Shown piece by piece: positions 22,208-37,007 of a stretch of DNA of 64,000 nucleotides. The stretch spans positions 8,471,909-8,535,908 of the forward strand of contig CM074804.1 in NCBI GenBank assembly GCA_037447605.1, given 5' to 3'. Made by a program: the position numbers and the translations under genes. The DNA is from Zygnema circumcarinatum SAG 698-1b (taxonomy: Eukaryota; Plantae; Zygnematophyceae). The notes below the pieces were generated by a model that saw nothing but the letters and a program-made list of their open reading frames with translations, was not told where the DNA came from and searched no databases. The first letter of the stretch is position 1, and each line of letters opens with the position of its first letter.

Positions 22208-24001
22208 ATGGCTTCTACGCCAAGTATTTTCACTCCTGCATTGGAGCTGTTGCCGCATGCGAAAACTGCGAATGGAGTATTGCAAACGAAACCGTTTTTG
22301 GACATCTGTCGCCTCGTGTTACCTATTGTTGGTAAGAAATATCATCATCAGATTGGAGTCATGTTGTGGCGAATTTTGCGATTTACTGCATACTTGGTAG
22401 CATATTACTCAAGCTTTTTCTATCTGATATCGACCTGTAATGGAGGGAATTTCCCTGACGTCTTGTCGTTGATCCTTTGCCACACCTGTTCCAGCGCACC
22501 ACTGTCATATAAGAAGCTTCATGTCCTGTGTTTGCAGACAGGTTTGGAGCTGCTCTTTCTATTGTCAAGTCCGATATTGGAGGCAACATTCAGGTGATTT
22601 AGTGTGACCCCGTGGCTTTCTTCATTTGGTTAAAGCCATAATTTGGATTTATGTCTCGACTCGGCAACCCCATGTGCTGCTTCTGGCAAGCCTTAGCACT
22701 TTAGAGTGAAGTAAGTGTTAGTATCACCTTACAGTTTTAGAATTCGGAACTGATTGGAGGATTTCCTGATTTTTTTTTTTTTTTTCCTTTCAGCGACTGG
22801 AAACGTGTTACCGAAGTGATCCAGTGGCCTTCGAGGCATTATATGACATAGTCCGTCGAGATATTGAGAATAAGGCAGTTCGTCGACCCAGCAGCAATAC
22901 TGATGGCCTGCTCTGGCTCACTAGGTACATTTTTGGTGTATTTGTCTGCTCGTTACTTCTATTTGCTTCTTACAGGTCGTCTTTTCATTTTGTATTGTTG
23001 GAAAACGGTATTTTGAGGTTTGCTGGCATTTTGGGAGGACACCATAGCGGCTTATAGCTTGACTTCCAGCAAGCTTCTTCTTCCTTCCGTGTAGATTGTA
23101 AATATGCGGTTGTTGAGTGTTTTTGGTAGTGTTTATGTATTGCTGATTCTGTTGTTTTTATTCTAAATGCCGTTGCTCACCAGGGCTATGGATTTTCTAA
23201 CAGCCATGTTACGAAACTTGAGGACGCATGAAGCTTGGACTCTTTATCAATCAGCAGCAGCGGCATATGACGAAACTCTAAAGAGATACCATGGATGGAT
23301 CGCCGCGGCAGCATTTAAGGTGTGTTGACTTTTTTGCAGTCTCTTAAGCGTTCAAGTGGAAAGAGTCACCACTTGCTTGAATGCGCTACGTATCTTGTGA
23401 TGAAGCGGCAGCATTAGATCCTACTGTTCACTTTTTGGCTCATATCTTCCTGCATAACTTCTTGTGCTCCCTGTTGCAGATGGCACTTAACTTATGTCCT
23501 GAGAAAGCGACATTTCTTGAAAAGCTTGGTCCTGGCGACATTTTTGGAGATATGGACAAGTTTTTAACTTTATTTCGGGCCTTGTTGCAAGAGAATCACG
23601 ACTTTATGGTGAGCGTCATGTCAGTGATGCGGAAGCAGTGATCTGGTCCACTTTGATGCACTGTCCGTCACTCTTCTGTTGCGCGTCCAAGGAAGCAGAA
23701 ACTTTGATGCGCTACTTGCTTTTCGCACCTGTTTAATTGGGCGACAGTGGCTAAGTGTTGTGCCAGGCAGGATTTTTTCTCGTTTACCAGGGCAGTCTTT
23801 TTGGGATGTGCCCCACTTTTAATGGAAGGATGTGCTCCAGCTTAAATGAAAGACAATGCTTTGAAGGAGAGACATGCATTCTAGAAATTAGCTCTGACAG
23901 CAAGAACCTTCGGCTTATCTTGGTGAGCAATTGTGGCTGCGTGTATATGTTTTATGGTCTCGCAGAGGGAAGCTGGAGTTGATGATATCCAAGCAAGTTA
24001 A
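22208..24001 (+). CDS. GLTP: Glycolipid transfer protein family, multi-exon
   Basis: TKPFLDICRLVLP, FGAALSIVKSDIGGNI, TDGLLWLTRAMDFL, AYDETLKRYHGW, MALNLCPEKATFL; ends GVDDIQAS*. Confidence 0.9.
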
Positions 24002-25118
24002 GGCGCCGGACATTTGCATGTAGTTGGATTGGGCGGAAGCCCTCATGATGTGTCTTGAAAACGGACGAGAAAGATCTTTTGTATCTAGTACATCTTGATG
24101 GAGGCGGCCGGATTCCTCCTTTTTGGGAGCTCAAACTATCATATTACTGCGCTTTTTTCAATATGCTGGATAGTCAGGACGAGCTCATTAGGAGATCTGA
24201 GAGCGCGACAGTGAGAGGGAGTGGCGAGAGAGGGGAGGAGGAGAGAGGATAGATGAGAAGGAATTTCCCCAGATCACGACACATATTGACGCCTAGAGGC
24301 GGTCGTAAAGCAGCCTAGTTATGGAGCGAGTTGAGCAGCTGGGATTGCTTTGTTTGCCACTATGGTACAACGGTGGTTAGGTTCTTTAAGATTTAAGGTC
24401 TTAGCTTAAGGGTTGCATGATCCATGATATCCATGTTTGAGGAGCTGTTTCGAAGGAAATCTCAAAATCAGTAAGTAGAGACCGTTTGATGCATCGTGGA
24501 TGAGCGGTTGGTGGCCTTGAACCCCTTTGTCTTGGCCGAGGTAAAACCCTGAAACCACTTACCACCACCCTAGAGTCCAGTTTTGAACTGAAATTTCATC
24601 GTGAGGTTTTCAACAGCGTTACGACTCATTTGGCTGGCCCTTTGCCTCTCCTCTAGCACCCATTATAATAATATTTTGAGTGTATTGGTATGTGACAACC
24701 ACACAGAACGAACCAAAACCCCAAAACCTTATAAACCAAAAGAAACGTTCGCGGGCGTACATGTTAGAGGCCCATCTCCTAAATTTGCGAATTGCACGCT
24801 TGCACCTGATCGCTCCTGTGATCTTAATTTCTTTGGGAGAAATTTACCTAAGAACACAAAGACGCGCAGTATGCATCCAATCTCCCGGTCCTAGCACGCT
24901 TCTTCAAACGACCTGACAAACATCGATCTGCCGAACAGCTCTTTCAAAGACAAGGGGAGAAGGTGGGAGAGGGCAGAGAGAGGGAAAAAGAGAGCATTTT
25001 CGATCTCAAGTTGCTAGCACAACGAAATCACGTCGAACATCCTAATTACGGTTGCTTTGTTGATAGGCCCCTTAAAGCCATTCTTGAGCTTAAGAGGTAA
25101 GGGCGGCTCCTACTGGTT

Positions 25119-28100
25119 CTATGCACATCCAAATGCAGCGAGCGATCCATGCGCCTTCTCTTCCTCCTCCATAGCCTCTCCCTCTCTCCACTTCTCCAGC
25201 CGAAGCACATGAAGCTTCTCCTCATCTGCTACATATTGTAAAGCTAACCGGGCCCGCTCCACCATGTACTTCCTATGAAGTTCCACCCAGGCCTTCGCTA
25301 ACTCCGCCTCAGAATCGCCGCCTTTTAATACTCGAAATACCTGCGTTTGTGGAATGTACGGAAGCAATTAGGGTTAATGAAAATATGAAGGCGAAGGCTT
25401 TATGTTACGTTTCCTTTCATTTCTCAGTACCTTCGTTTGTGGGACATATAAAGAAATAAGGAGCGAAGGAGAAGGACTTAGGATTGTAGTCACGTCAGAC
25501 CGGCAAGTTGTCAAATGGAAGTCGGTAAGGAAATTAAAAAACGCGTGGCTCCTTTTTTTCCGAAAACGCTAGTGATCATCTTTTAAATAGTTTAGCAAAA
25601 GAAAGTGATAATTAATTTTCCAAAAAGGGCTTGCAAGGTTTGAAGGTTTGATGTGGGGAGCATTTACATTAAACTGGGATTAAGAAGATCGAGCGAAGCA
25701 GAATAGATTGGGCAGTGCATAAGATGACCAAAAAAAAAATGACCAATTTCTGCTCAGCAAAAAGTGGAAAATGTCTATGGTTTGTGTTTATGGTTTGTGG
25801 TGATTAGGATTGACGAATCAAACTGTACAGAAAATCTGAGAGCGGGAGGAGGTTAGAAAAAACTGTTTGAAGGTGCGAGGGAGGAAAGCTCACTGTGTTT
25901 GTTGCTGCAGGTGGCTTCTTTTGATACGAAGTGAGCCCGGCTGCTAATAAGCGGCTCCAGAGAGATGCAATCAAAGGCCTGCAATTGCAGCAATCCCAAG
26001 ATAAAGAATAACTTTTGAGCTTGAAGGTAATCCATCTTGGCATCACCAGACAGCTCTGATGGGTTTGAGAATGTCAATTTTTTAGGGTCTGAGGGAAATT
26101 CTGTCGCGTGAAACTGAACTTGGAATGTCCATCTTCTCCTCTCTCTGGATAACAATTCCTGAATCGGCAAGCTTGAACTCAGCTGGAAACACGGGCAGTG
26201 TTGCAACAAACCCTAAAATCCTTAATGATTTCCTTATTCTGGCATGCTTTCCTATTCGAAGCAGAAAAAGGCCCTAGATAGGAGCAAATGCCCACCTTCC
26301 CGATGCTCCAACTATCATTTTAGGACCTCCAAGAAGCCGAACAGACTCCTCAGCATAGCTGGGTAGCTTGTACAGCAGCAGACCCCACAACGCTGCTCCT
26401 TGATAATGGGGAGACATTGTCTGTGCGTCTTCCAGTCCTTCTGTTACTCCCTGCTTCCAACAAGTAACCAGAATGCTTTCAAATGTGGAGATTTTCCAAG
26501 GAGGACACACACATGCTATACAGATGTGGATGCGCACGCATGTGGGAGCGTGTGAAGTGTTTTGGGTTCTATTAGGCCACTAGAAGCCCACCTCAAGGAC
26601 CCCCTTCAAATGTGTTGCATTGACATCAGGTTCCAAGTTATCGATTACGACAACTCGATCTTGCACTTCCCACACGTTGTCTAGCCAATTGGCCCCAATG
26701 TTTACACAGGGTTGTGTCGCCCCATCCTTCCCCTTGCAAGCAAAAACTTCGATCCCACTTTCCGTATTCTTAAGAGGAGACGGTCCTTCCTGCAGGACGA
26801 TAAAAAACAGTAGGCTTTTAAGGTCTTAATGCCTTCAAGACTTTTTTCTTAAGGTCCACCTTCAAGGTCGAATCTTGTGTTTCATGTTTCGACTTTACTA
26901 TTACGAGCAACTTGAATTGGTGGTGCACATTAATACTTTGATGTCATCAGAAATAGACTTACCAAAGGAGCTGAAGCCTTAGTACTGGCAGCCGTATCTT
27001 CCTCGGCGATTGTTACAGCTCCACTATCCAAGATTAACTCTGGACCCCCAATACTAATCTCTTCATCTTCTTCATCAGGGACGCCCATTCCCCTTGTCGT
27101 CTGAATAATCATGGGATGAAGTCCTCGATCGTTGACCCGCAGTACCCCACCTCCCTTACTTACATTTCCTATCCGATTCAGGGGTTCCTGGAATTTTGAG
27201 GCAAAGTTCGCCTTGATAGGAGTTGCAAAAGAAGCACCTAACCTAATTCCTCTGTCTAGCATGAGTCCTTTACTATTCGGATCAACTTTTATAGATTCAG
27301 GTCCAGCAGAAACTCCAGATAGTGAAGGAAAAAAGGGAGCTTTATTGGTAGTGACAGAAATTGTTGAATTTCCTAAGGACGCTAACTTTATGGGCTCCAA
27401 GTTGGATGGGAACACTGCACTGGTGCCATTCGTTTCAACTTTTCTCGCGTCAATCTCACCCCGTCCTGTTAGACCATTCCCAGGCGCTGACTTTCGGGGT
27501 CTTCCTGGTCCTCTTTTTACAACCGACGGTGCCTCCAGAGTTCCTGGAACTGAAACTGAAGGGGGGGAAGAAATCCGTTCCGTTGGAGAAGAGAGATTCA
27601 AGACCTTTCCTCTTCCTCTTCCTCTCCCTCTCCCTCGACCTCGAGGACGCCCACGACTTCTAACAGTTGGCGGAGCTTCTGCAAAAGATTCTGGAACATT
27701 TAAGGGCAAGATTTTGATTTTGGGAGTACCTTCCACGACTTCTGCTGCTCCTCTCTCTGCACTTCCACCTCTTCCTCGTCCTCCACTCCTCCCCCTCCCT
27801 CTTCCTCTCCCTCTTCCCCTTCCCCGCCCCCTGCTTCTACCTCTCCCCCGCCCCGAACCTGAAGCTTCCTCAGTTTCATCTTCACCAAAGGTAAACGGAG
27901 GAGTTCCTTGTACAGCAGCCTCCGCCTCCTCTCCTCTAACTGCATCGTTTTCACTAAATGCTCCTTTCTCAACTTCAACTGCAACGTTTCCTTGACCTTC
28001 GCCTTCTTCTCCTTCTCCAACCATCAAATTGCTGTCTAACTTTAGACGCTTTTCCCCATCACGAAGACCGCCAGAATGATCTCCTGAGTTGGCCAGCATC

Positions 28101-29264
28101 GGTCTCTTCAAAGGGAGTCTTGGAAGCCCAAACTCCAGTTCTCCCGTTTCTATGTGTTTCTCCGGCTCCGTATCCTGCGACAGCTCTTCGTGTACCCCTG
28201 GGGATCCGCCGGAATCCTGGATGTCGCTTTTCCTCTTTACCCCCTTTTTGCCCGCAGACGATAATAAGAGGTTCACGTAGGGCCAGATAGAAGGATGATT
28301 TCGAACATCGTCTGAAGAAATCATACAGATATCGGCACATCTGACTGTCTGCACTTTCCCTTTGTTGGGCCCATCGAGCCAGCAGACGGAAAATATGCAT
28401 AAGCAGTCTTCTCCCAATTTCTTTTTTCTATGTTGTTTCGCCTCCACCTGGCAGCATGAAAACTTCAAAGGGTTAATAATAATCTACATATAGTTTACTC
28501 TGTTTAGTATGGATATCTCGAGGGAATTGCGCCCTTGGATCGAATAACATCATTAATAAATTGAAAATGCAGAAAAAAAAGGTCCAGAAATTAACCAACA
28601 AGCCCCAGAAGCTGTTAGTTAGGGCTAAACTGAAGCATTGGACTAAAGTAGTGCACGGAATGAAAAGGTCCCTGTATAAGCTTGCAGCTTTAAAGACTTA
28701 GAAAAAAAATGCTTCACTGAAGAACATCAGAAGGGTATCTCCATTCTACTTTTTTTTTTCTGGTCAAACTTAGGTTTGATCTCAAAGGACCTAAATTTCT
28801 TGCAGATTGCAAATTCCTTGCATTTTTTGAACATCACAACCCGAAAGAAAGGAGCTTATTTTTTTGCTCATATTGTTTGTAAAAAGAACGGAACCTTATA
28901 TCCGCACCCAAGTACGGTTCAAGCTGGACCACAAAAGACCCAACACGTCTTTCCAACAAAAAAGTTGTCTTTTGTATCCGACCTTTATGATCATTGCGTC
29001 GAAGTACTTCGAGAACTCCTCTTCTTCACATAACGCACAGACGACGTCATTTGCATTGACGGTCCGACAGGACTTGTCCTGCAGCTGTATGGACTGATAT
29101 CTGACGCGCTCCTGCACCTGCCGCACGCCCTCCAGGACCTCATCATCGCCGTCAAAGCCGAGAAACTCCACCTCCAGCAGCTTTCCTCGAATGCGTACCT
29201 TCGCTTCGTACCAAGCATCATCTACGATAGATTTAATCTCCAGCTGCCGCACTTTTGGAGGCAT
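25119..29264 (-). CDS. SAWADEE-domain protein with AT-hooks, RG repeats and a C-terminal RRM-like region
   Basis: LEIKSIVDDAWYE..VEFLGFDGDDE..SIQLQDKSC..KYFDAMII..HR..CLCIFSVCW; KRGPGRPRK and RGRPRG; later exons VVVIDNLEPDV and MIVGASGR; terminal exon 25119-~25345. Exon joining inferred. Confidence 0.7.
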
Positions 29265-30264
29265 GAGTGCTCAGATTTGGCGAGAATAGGGTTCTAAAAA
29301 AAGCCCAGAAAGTGGGGAGGACGGGTGATATTCTATCAGAGATGCATTTCCCGCGAGATTCTTGTTAAAATGAGAGGAAACGTGGCGGAAAATCGGAGTG
29401 CCTGGTTGCCACATTGTACAGACGCTTGAAACCCTAAAATCGCCCTCTGACGACAGAGCGCGGGCAGCGGGAAAATTTGGGGTTCGGGCAGACAAGAAGC
29501 GTTTTAGTCAAGTGAAGTCCACTAGTCAGGAAAATGACCATTACCATGACCCTTTGACCATAAACATGGCCATGACCCACGGGATGGGCCAGAGTCCATG
29601 ACACCATGCGACAAGAAACCATGACGGCATGCCCATGGGTCCATGTGTCCATGTGTCCATGACTCTACTCCATTCAAAAAGCTGAATAAACCATGGAGGC
29701 TGTTCAGATTCTGCCTTGTTCAATTCAACCAGAACAGGGCAATTCCTCCAATTCGAGCTGCAATACTCTGACATGTGCATGCATATGCATGTGACCCTTC
29801 CCCCATGCCGAAAGCGGCATACCGTGCATAAAGGATTGCCGACTCCGAATGAGAATCGTCAAGTTTCATGACCTTCAAGCAGCAGGCACCGACAGCAGCA
29901 GCAGGAGCCCACTTGTCTCTCTTAACAAACGCCTCTACAACCCGAACTTAGTCATCTTCTGACACTGGAGAAACATAAGAAAGGGCGCAAAAATGGCTCC
30001 GTTCAATAATCTACATTAAAGGGCTCAGAAAAAAGGCGATTCCTTAGTGGAGTCCAAAAAGACTTCCTGTCAGCCAGTCGCCCAAAACGGGGACCTGCAT
30101 TCAGTCAAAAATTGCCATTCGTCTGAACAGATTGCGTACACAAAAGAAACCGACTGCCTCAACGGTGCACCACCACCGGGCCTGGCCTATGGTTAAAAAA
30201 CTCTAAAGCAGCTTGAAGCTCCCTGGTCCAGTAGAGCACTGAGAGTCCCTCAAACTTTGACGGT

Positions 30265-32923
30265 CTATGAAGACGCGCTCCCCTTGCCTTCGGACAGTTC
30301 TCGAGCTCCCAAGTCATACAATTCCGCAAAGCTTGTTCTGGCCGAATCCTTAGCTTGGTCATCAAATGCATTCTCCCCGAGGTAGAGGTCAAAAAAGGCT
30401 TGACATAGCAGGGCGCTTTTCACTCTCCCTACCTCCTTTCCTCCAACTGCACACACACACACACAGACAGACACAGAGCGCAAGCCAAGCTGTTACCTTC
30501 TCCAGGATGTGTGCGGTTGCATTGCCTTGGATGTGATTTTCATAAGGCACACAATATTTCTTTTCGTCGCTGCAACTCACTTTTAGTAACCAAAACTTGT
30601 TGAGGCTGACGGCTGATCTCTATCGTAGTTCCGCGCTCGAGTTTAAAGTCATCCTTGAATAGCTTTGTGAAGCTGCAGCGCATCACGTCCTTTCATAACA
30701 AGTTAGGGTACAAACGCATAACTTAATGCAGCCCATGAAGCCAACAGAGAGGACAGTATTATGAGTGAGAGAGGGAGAGAGCGAGAGAGAGCGATGGAGG
30801 GGAACGGGAGCCTGCCTATTCAGAAGCTCCTTATCTGGCTTGCCGCTAATTCTCTGAATCCTAGTTCCCAAAGAGTCCTCAAATGCCGACCGGACTTGGC
30901 CAATCTTCAAGCCTCTGCTCCGAGACCCCCCCCAAACCCCTCCAAACAACGAAGGTAAAACTCCATTTCTATGCTGCAGACCAACTACCAACAAGTTGAC
31001 AAATCGCGCAAAAAATCATGGAGAACAAACATCCCTCCCATATTTGTGCTGAGTTATTGAAAAAGCCGTACAAATAGGGCAAGCCTATTCGTCCCACTAT
31101 CAGACAACCAAAGAATCGATAGCCCGGAAAGCATCCAAAAGGCTGCACGAAGCACACTTGTAAAATATGACGAGGCGAACTCCGAGCTGAGAGTCTGATT
31201 TGAATGCGTCTTCCAGAAAGCCTGGACTCTCCTTCAAAGCTACAGGTAGAGCACTTCCGTACTTGGAAGTCAGAACCTTATAGAGACTCTTGGGGTCCAC
31301 ATACACTCCTGCACACGGACGCACTCACTCCATCTCAAACAGAGGAACCCAAAGAAATAAATGGATGGAAAGATTATTGAGGGAAAATAAAAAGGGTAAT
31401 AAGGGAGTTGAAACAAGAACACCCTACCGAAAGCATAGATTTTTAGATTCTTTAATCCGAAAAGTTTTTTCTTGCGCACTCCGAGCCCTGCTAGCTGCCT
31501 CCCTCCGCCATCTTCCTTCACTTCGGCAGGGAATTCAAGCCCTGTTTGCGGCTCTATGCGAATTTCTCCGGCAGATGATTCCGTCTCAGCATCCGGCGAC
31601 CCGGCTATGGCCAATGAGGCGCTTGCAAATGGGAGATCCGCAGGGAACGTCAGATTCTGCACATAGAACGGCAGAAATGTTGCCACTTACGGGTAAACAT
31701 GTGAAGTCATCCAGGCCGCCATCTCCGAAGAGAGACACGTTTGTTTTGAGATTTGGTTATTGCAAAGCTGGATACGGGAAAGGAGCATGACAATGGGAGT
31801 AACTGCTGCATGGAGCAAACAAAAGTGAGCGAATGGGAGGTGAGGGGGGAGAGTGTGTGTGAAAAGTGTTGGAATTGTGATTGAGAGAAAGCCTACAGTG
31901 AACGGGAGCGATGAGTTACAGAGGCTGAAACTCATCACCCTTAATACGGCCGAGAATTATTGAGTGTACTTTTCTTTCTCAAAAAGTTGTCAGTTTTTTT
32001 TTAGCTTATCCGCAAAGTGTGTCCTTCTACAATATGCCGGATGTTAGTGTGAATCCATCTAAATGTATGAATCGAATTTCAAGAGCGGTGGTATAGCCAG
32101 GAACCAGACTCAATCACAAATGACCATGAATTTACAAAGCATAGCGTACATTGCTCAAAGAGTCGTTCAGACTATTCCCCTTTGCAAAAGAAGGGAAAAA
32201 AGAAGGGCTGCTGAAAAGTAGAAACGTTGGCGTACCCGACTCCGCTGACTCGGAGCAGCACACGCTGCAAGAGCTGCAGCTATGGCCGCCTGCTGCGCCG
32301 TCCGTACAGGCGCCAAGCCCAGACTCAGGGCCGCTCCCAGAGCCGCTCCTGCAGCCGCTGTGCCGAGCTTGTCTTGTCTTGACATGACTTGACCTGAATT
32401 GACTTGATCTAAATTGCATTGCCTCTATTAAGCATGCTAATTACCAATCAGTCTCTTTTCGAATTTTTACTCGTCCTCTTTTCTTTTATTTTTCACTACT
32501 GTCAGAGGTGGAGAAGCTTATGGCCTGTAGTGACTAGAGACAGATACACCACACCGGAAACGATTTGGAAAGGAAGGGCCTGAGCAGGAATTCTACTTGT
32601 GCTTTACTAGGAACTGATCCACAAGCAGCAACGATGGGCGGACTCGGCAAACCCAAAATAAAATGTATAGATAACATAAATGTGAAAGAAGAAAGAAAAT
32701 ACAGGAATAATGCTCAATGGATGCCACCATGCTCTCATGCCTGCTTGATCCCATGCCAGAAAAAAGCGCCTCTATTTGCACAAGTCCATAACCGTAAAAA
32801 AAACCACTAACCAGGAAGAAGGCGCCCCGCCCTGCTCGCCTGCAGTCTCACCCGCACCCCTGCAAGCGCGCTTATTCGCTGCAAGATAAATCTCCACGCG
32901 GCGCCCGCCGGCAGAGCGTCCAT
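30265..32923 (-). CDS. Chalcone-isomerase-fold fatty-acid-binding protein (FAP1-like)
   Basis: EPQTGLEFP, LAGLGVRKKKLFGLKNLKIYAFGVYVD, VRSAFEDSLGTRI, LLCQAFFDLYLGENAFD; start at 32923 (MDALPAG) inferred, alternative ATG at 32385. Confidence 0.85.
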
Positions 32924-33989
32924 GGCCGCGGAAGCTCCACGCGAGCAGCAGGAGAGTGGCGAGGGGGAAAGAGAGAGAGAGTGAGCGAGAGAGAGGGCAG
33001 GACGGCTGCGAGGAAGGGTCGCCTATTACTTATTCGGCGGATGTGACACGTGGCGCACCGCACACACGTCCGTACAGACTCAAGCCATGCCGTACGGTAC
33101 TATCTGTAACTCTGTCGAAAGTTTCGGTGCAGGAGGGTTGGGAGCATGGGCGAATCTGCGGGCCACGTGGACAAATGATCCAGTTAGCGACTTCGTGGCG
33201 AGCCCTGATTGGCTGTTGGTTGGGCTAGAATCCTTTGAACGCCATCGGTGAGCTAACTTTACTGAAGTCAAGTCGAGTATTGAAATAGCGCGATGGCCCC
33301 AGCCCACGGGACATGGCGCCAATTTTTTTTTTTGGAAAGATATAACTACGGGCTCTCACAAGTGAAAAGACAAGAGAAAATGGCATTTCACAAGTACCTC
33401 GGAGTAGCTCAGGAGGCACTACAAAGTCTACAACGGAAGTACCTTCAGGAATAAATGAAATCAATTTTCTCATCAATTAGTTACTTAAACATAAAAACAG
33501 GGGCAAGTGCTCGTCGAGCGTGGCCACCTCTTTACACTCCTATTCTCTTCCGTCTATCTTCCGCTCTTCCCCTCTCCTACCTTACTCTCTCCATATCCAA
33601 ACCTCCGGCCCCCACTACTCACCCACCCATCCCCTTCCCCCACCCCCAATCCCCTCCCCCCACCTCTGCCTCTCCCCTTCCCTTACCCTCCTCTCCTCCT
33701 TCCCCCTCCTCGTCCCTTCCCCACACCCCCCTCCCCCGGCGCAGGTTCCGTTTCCTCCCGTCCCCTCCCGTCCCCTCCCGTCCCCTCCACCTCCAGCCCT
33801 TTCCCTCTCTCCCTCCTTCCCTCCATCCACTTCTTCCCACCTGCATACATCTCTTCTCTCCTTTTCTCCTCACGCTCCCCTCCCTCCCTTCCTGACCTCC
33901 TATTCTCCCATTGTACTCCTCAGCTCTTCCCTCGTCCCTACCCCCTTCCCCCTCCGTTCTCCTTCCAACCTCTCTCCTCACCTGCTAGT

Positions 33990-36900
33990 CACGTGGAAGC
34001 ATGGCGGGTCCACGCCGGCCTAACAATGACCCCGGACACAATGACGCCCATGCAGGACAAAACCACAAGCCACGTGGGTAGCTGCATCAATGGCCCAGAT
34101 GAGTCTAAAGCTGCTCCAGTTCGCGTCATGGCTGCCACAAATCAACAAGACATTAGAATCCAAACCTTTTATTTCCAACAAGGAAGAAAAAACCTATACT
34201 CGAAATTTCCGTGGGACCCAGAAAATGAAGAATTCGTAAGCAAAATAATCTGTGGAGCTTCAGTAGCTTACCTCCAAAGATGAGAGCTGCAACATTATGT
34301 GTAGCATGAAGTGTAATTGGCGGAATAATGCTGCCAGATGTCACGGCAAGGACGCCTGCTGCTATTCCGAGAACTGCAAAGACCAAACAGAAAGGGAAGT
34401 TCTATGCAGAAGGTGAATGCAATAGGCACATGGACACCTGGACAAAGACATCCTATGATTTTCGCTAGGACAGTAGGCATAACGTAGAAAGCTTTATACT
34501 GACTATTTCAGGACAAGGAGAAGGAGTTTATGTGCACTGACTTCTACATCTGCCTATGCTTGTGTCTGGTGACAGCTTGAATCGGAATAATAGATACCTG
34601 TTGTAGCAAAGAACTGGGGTAAGTTAAGGTAGAACATTCCACATAGAGCTCCAGCAAGCGTTACAGCGTCAAGCCTGTCAAGCATGCCCGAACATGGAAA
34701 AATGGGAATCTGTTCCTTATGCCTTGGGAAATATTTTAAAAAATCTGTTTTAAAGTTTTCTCATCACAATACGGAGGAGTAGAAAGCAGCTAACCTTCCA
34801 AGATGTGGTTTGAGACAGCTGAGAAGGAAACCCCGAAAGAGAAGCTCTTCCGCTAAAGCTGGAGCTAAGGCAGCAGCAGCCACAAGGAATACCCATCCCT
34901 GCCACGTGGACGGGTAGTGCTGAAACATAGACACTGCCAGGAAAGGAAAGGAGGAGAGAAACGAGCCTCCCTGCTGCAATTAACGCTCCCGGAGAAATAT
35001 TTCGTCTAGATGGGTTACTTAAGTCTTCAAACGTGCATTGAGCTTTGCCATTTCTCTGTCGCTCTTATGCTGAGGGTTGCGTCAGAATGGAGAGGGGAGA
35101 AGGAGAAGGGGAATGAAAGCGGGTGAGGAGAGTGGAAATGGGAGAGGTTAAGGGGTAAGCGTGCGCAAAGTTACCAAGAACACTTTTGTTGGGGAGAGGA
35201 GCGGGCATAGAAGCTGAAAAAATCCAAAGTCGCTGCCAAATGCATGCTGTGAGAATTGTCCAAACGCTCACACCTCCCAAAACAGCTGCAAACACGTATC
35301 GCATCTTTGACCTGCCCGACCCAAAACACCATCCAAAGCTCTGAGTTTTGGACTACAAAGTGATAAATACCACATGAACCGATTTAGCGATAGCAACTTT
35401 GGATAGCTTGTTCATCAAAACAAGCACTTGATGAGAAAGAACGTAAAAAAGAAACGAGCCATATGCTCTCAAGGGATAAAATCTGTTTTGAGTGGCGAAA
35501 CACACGTGTTGCAAAACGGACAGGATGACTGGACCAAACGAGGGGACAAGTGCAAAAGGTCGAGACAGTGAAGCAAAGGAAAGGGATGCAAGACAAATGA
35601 AGACGTTGAATGGGTTTGAAATTCACCTGGTGAGCAGAAAAGTGGAAGAGAGGTTGAATCCTGAGTGGCGGCAATAGCTCACAGTAGGAACTACGAACAG
35701 GCCCTGCATGCTCAGTTGAGAAATCAAGATTCCTTGCTCCAGACTGCAAGCTCCCTCACATTGAGCAATATGAACACGATCAAAAGTCTTGATGTGTGCG
35801 GAGGCAGTTTCTTTGTGTGTTAAGTTTACGCCATAGACGGCAATTATGATAAATATGACAAAAACTTGCAGAACAATGATCGTAAGTAGGCTTACCCACT
35901 GAATTGCTGCAAGAAGGAGAAGTGCAGCATTTGGAGAAAGTACAAGGCGGGGTAGGGGTCCATCAGCTAAAGCAATCAGAAGGATGAGAAATGCACTGAA
36001 CCTGCAAGACAAGAAGTTGCAAGTCAATCTCGCTCTAAAGGTCCATTTAACCAATGCCTACAAACTGCTTCAGCACTACATATCCAAGTTTGCATCATAA
36101 GCAAATGCAGAACCATACTTCAAATGCGATGTGAAGGATTAATTCACCAATTGATCACATCGTTAAAGTCAGGAACCCTTGGCATTTCGCTACCACCATC
36201 CGTTGCTCTTGCCAACCCTTCTTCCTTCCCTACTCTCTCTTCAATCCTTACTTCTCCAGCGTCAAAGCCGCTTGAGATGCTTATATCCGTTCCAATGCTG
36301 CGACCTGAAAAAGGTGACTGCGGCTGAAACTCCCCTACTCTCCCTAACCTCCTCTCCTGCAACTGCGGCATTTGCTGCTCCATCAGATCCTCTTCCTGCT
36401 CCATCAGCCCTCCATTATTTGAATAAGGGCTAGAATCTTCAATCTCTCTCCTTGCAATGCCCTTTTCTGCGACGTTCCTTTCAACAACACATCCATGCAA
36501 GCTATCAGAACCATCTGCTTCTGAAGAGTTGTCCTCGAAACGAATGTCGCCAGTATCGATGGGGGAGGCAGAGCTTGATTTCGTCACTTCTATCTCTCTC
36601 CTTTCGTTCAAAACTTCAGAGGCTCCTCCTTCCTCTTCGCTCCCTTGCACCGTGCTTGAACGCACAATATGTGAGCACCTCGGGGAAACTTGGAAGCGCG
36701 ACAGCATGTACGAGCGAAAACATTGGTGAAAGTTCTGTTCTTCGCGTTTTCTTTCACAGTTATGAATGGCAGGTGGACTGCAAGTTCTAACGCTTACGTT
36801 AGCCCGAACTCTTGCACTTTTTTGCATGTCCAGTGCTGGTGAACACTTGGACACATGGATGTCTGAGACAAGGACGAAAGAAGAGCAACAAGAAATCCTA

Positions 36901-37007
36901 CTTTTTTGTGAAAGTCTTGACAAAGAGTAAACTGTAACAGCCCTGGACGCTTCAAAGCCGGAAGCGTCAATAATCTGAACACGACATTGCATGATGCTTT
37001 CAGCCAT
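33990..37007 (-). CDS. CPBP/CAAX (Abi) family intramembrane metalloprotease with a long N-terminal extension
   Basis: LAPALAEELLFRGFLL and PITLHATHNVAAL motifs, hydrophobic exons; termini approximate. Confidence 0.8.

Noticed and set aside
33455-34023. Pro/Ser-rich and Gly/Arg-rich ORFs, also at 39365-39957, 42278-43299 and 56921-57639
   Set aside because: They arise from CT/GA-rich intronic or intergenic tracts or from alternative frames of real genes.
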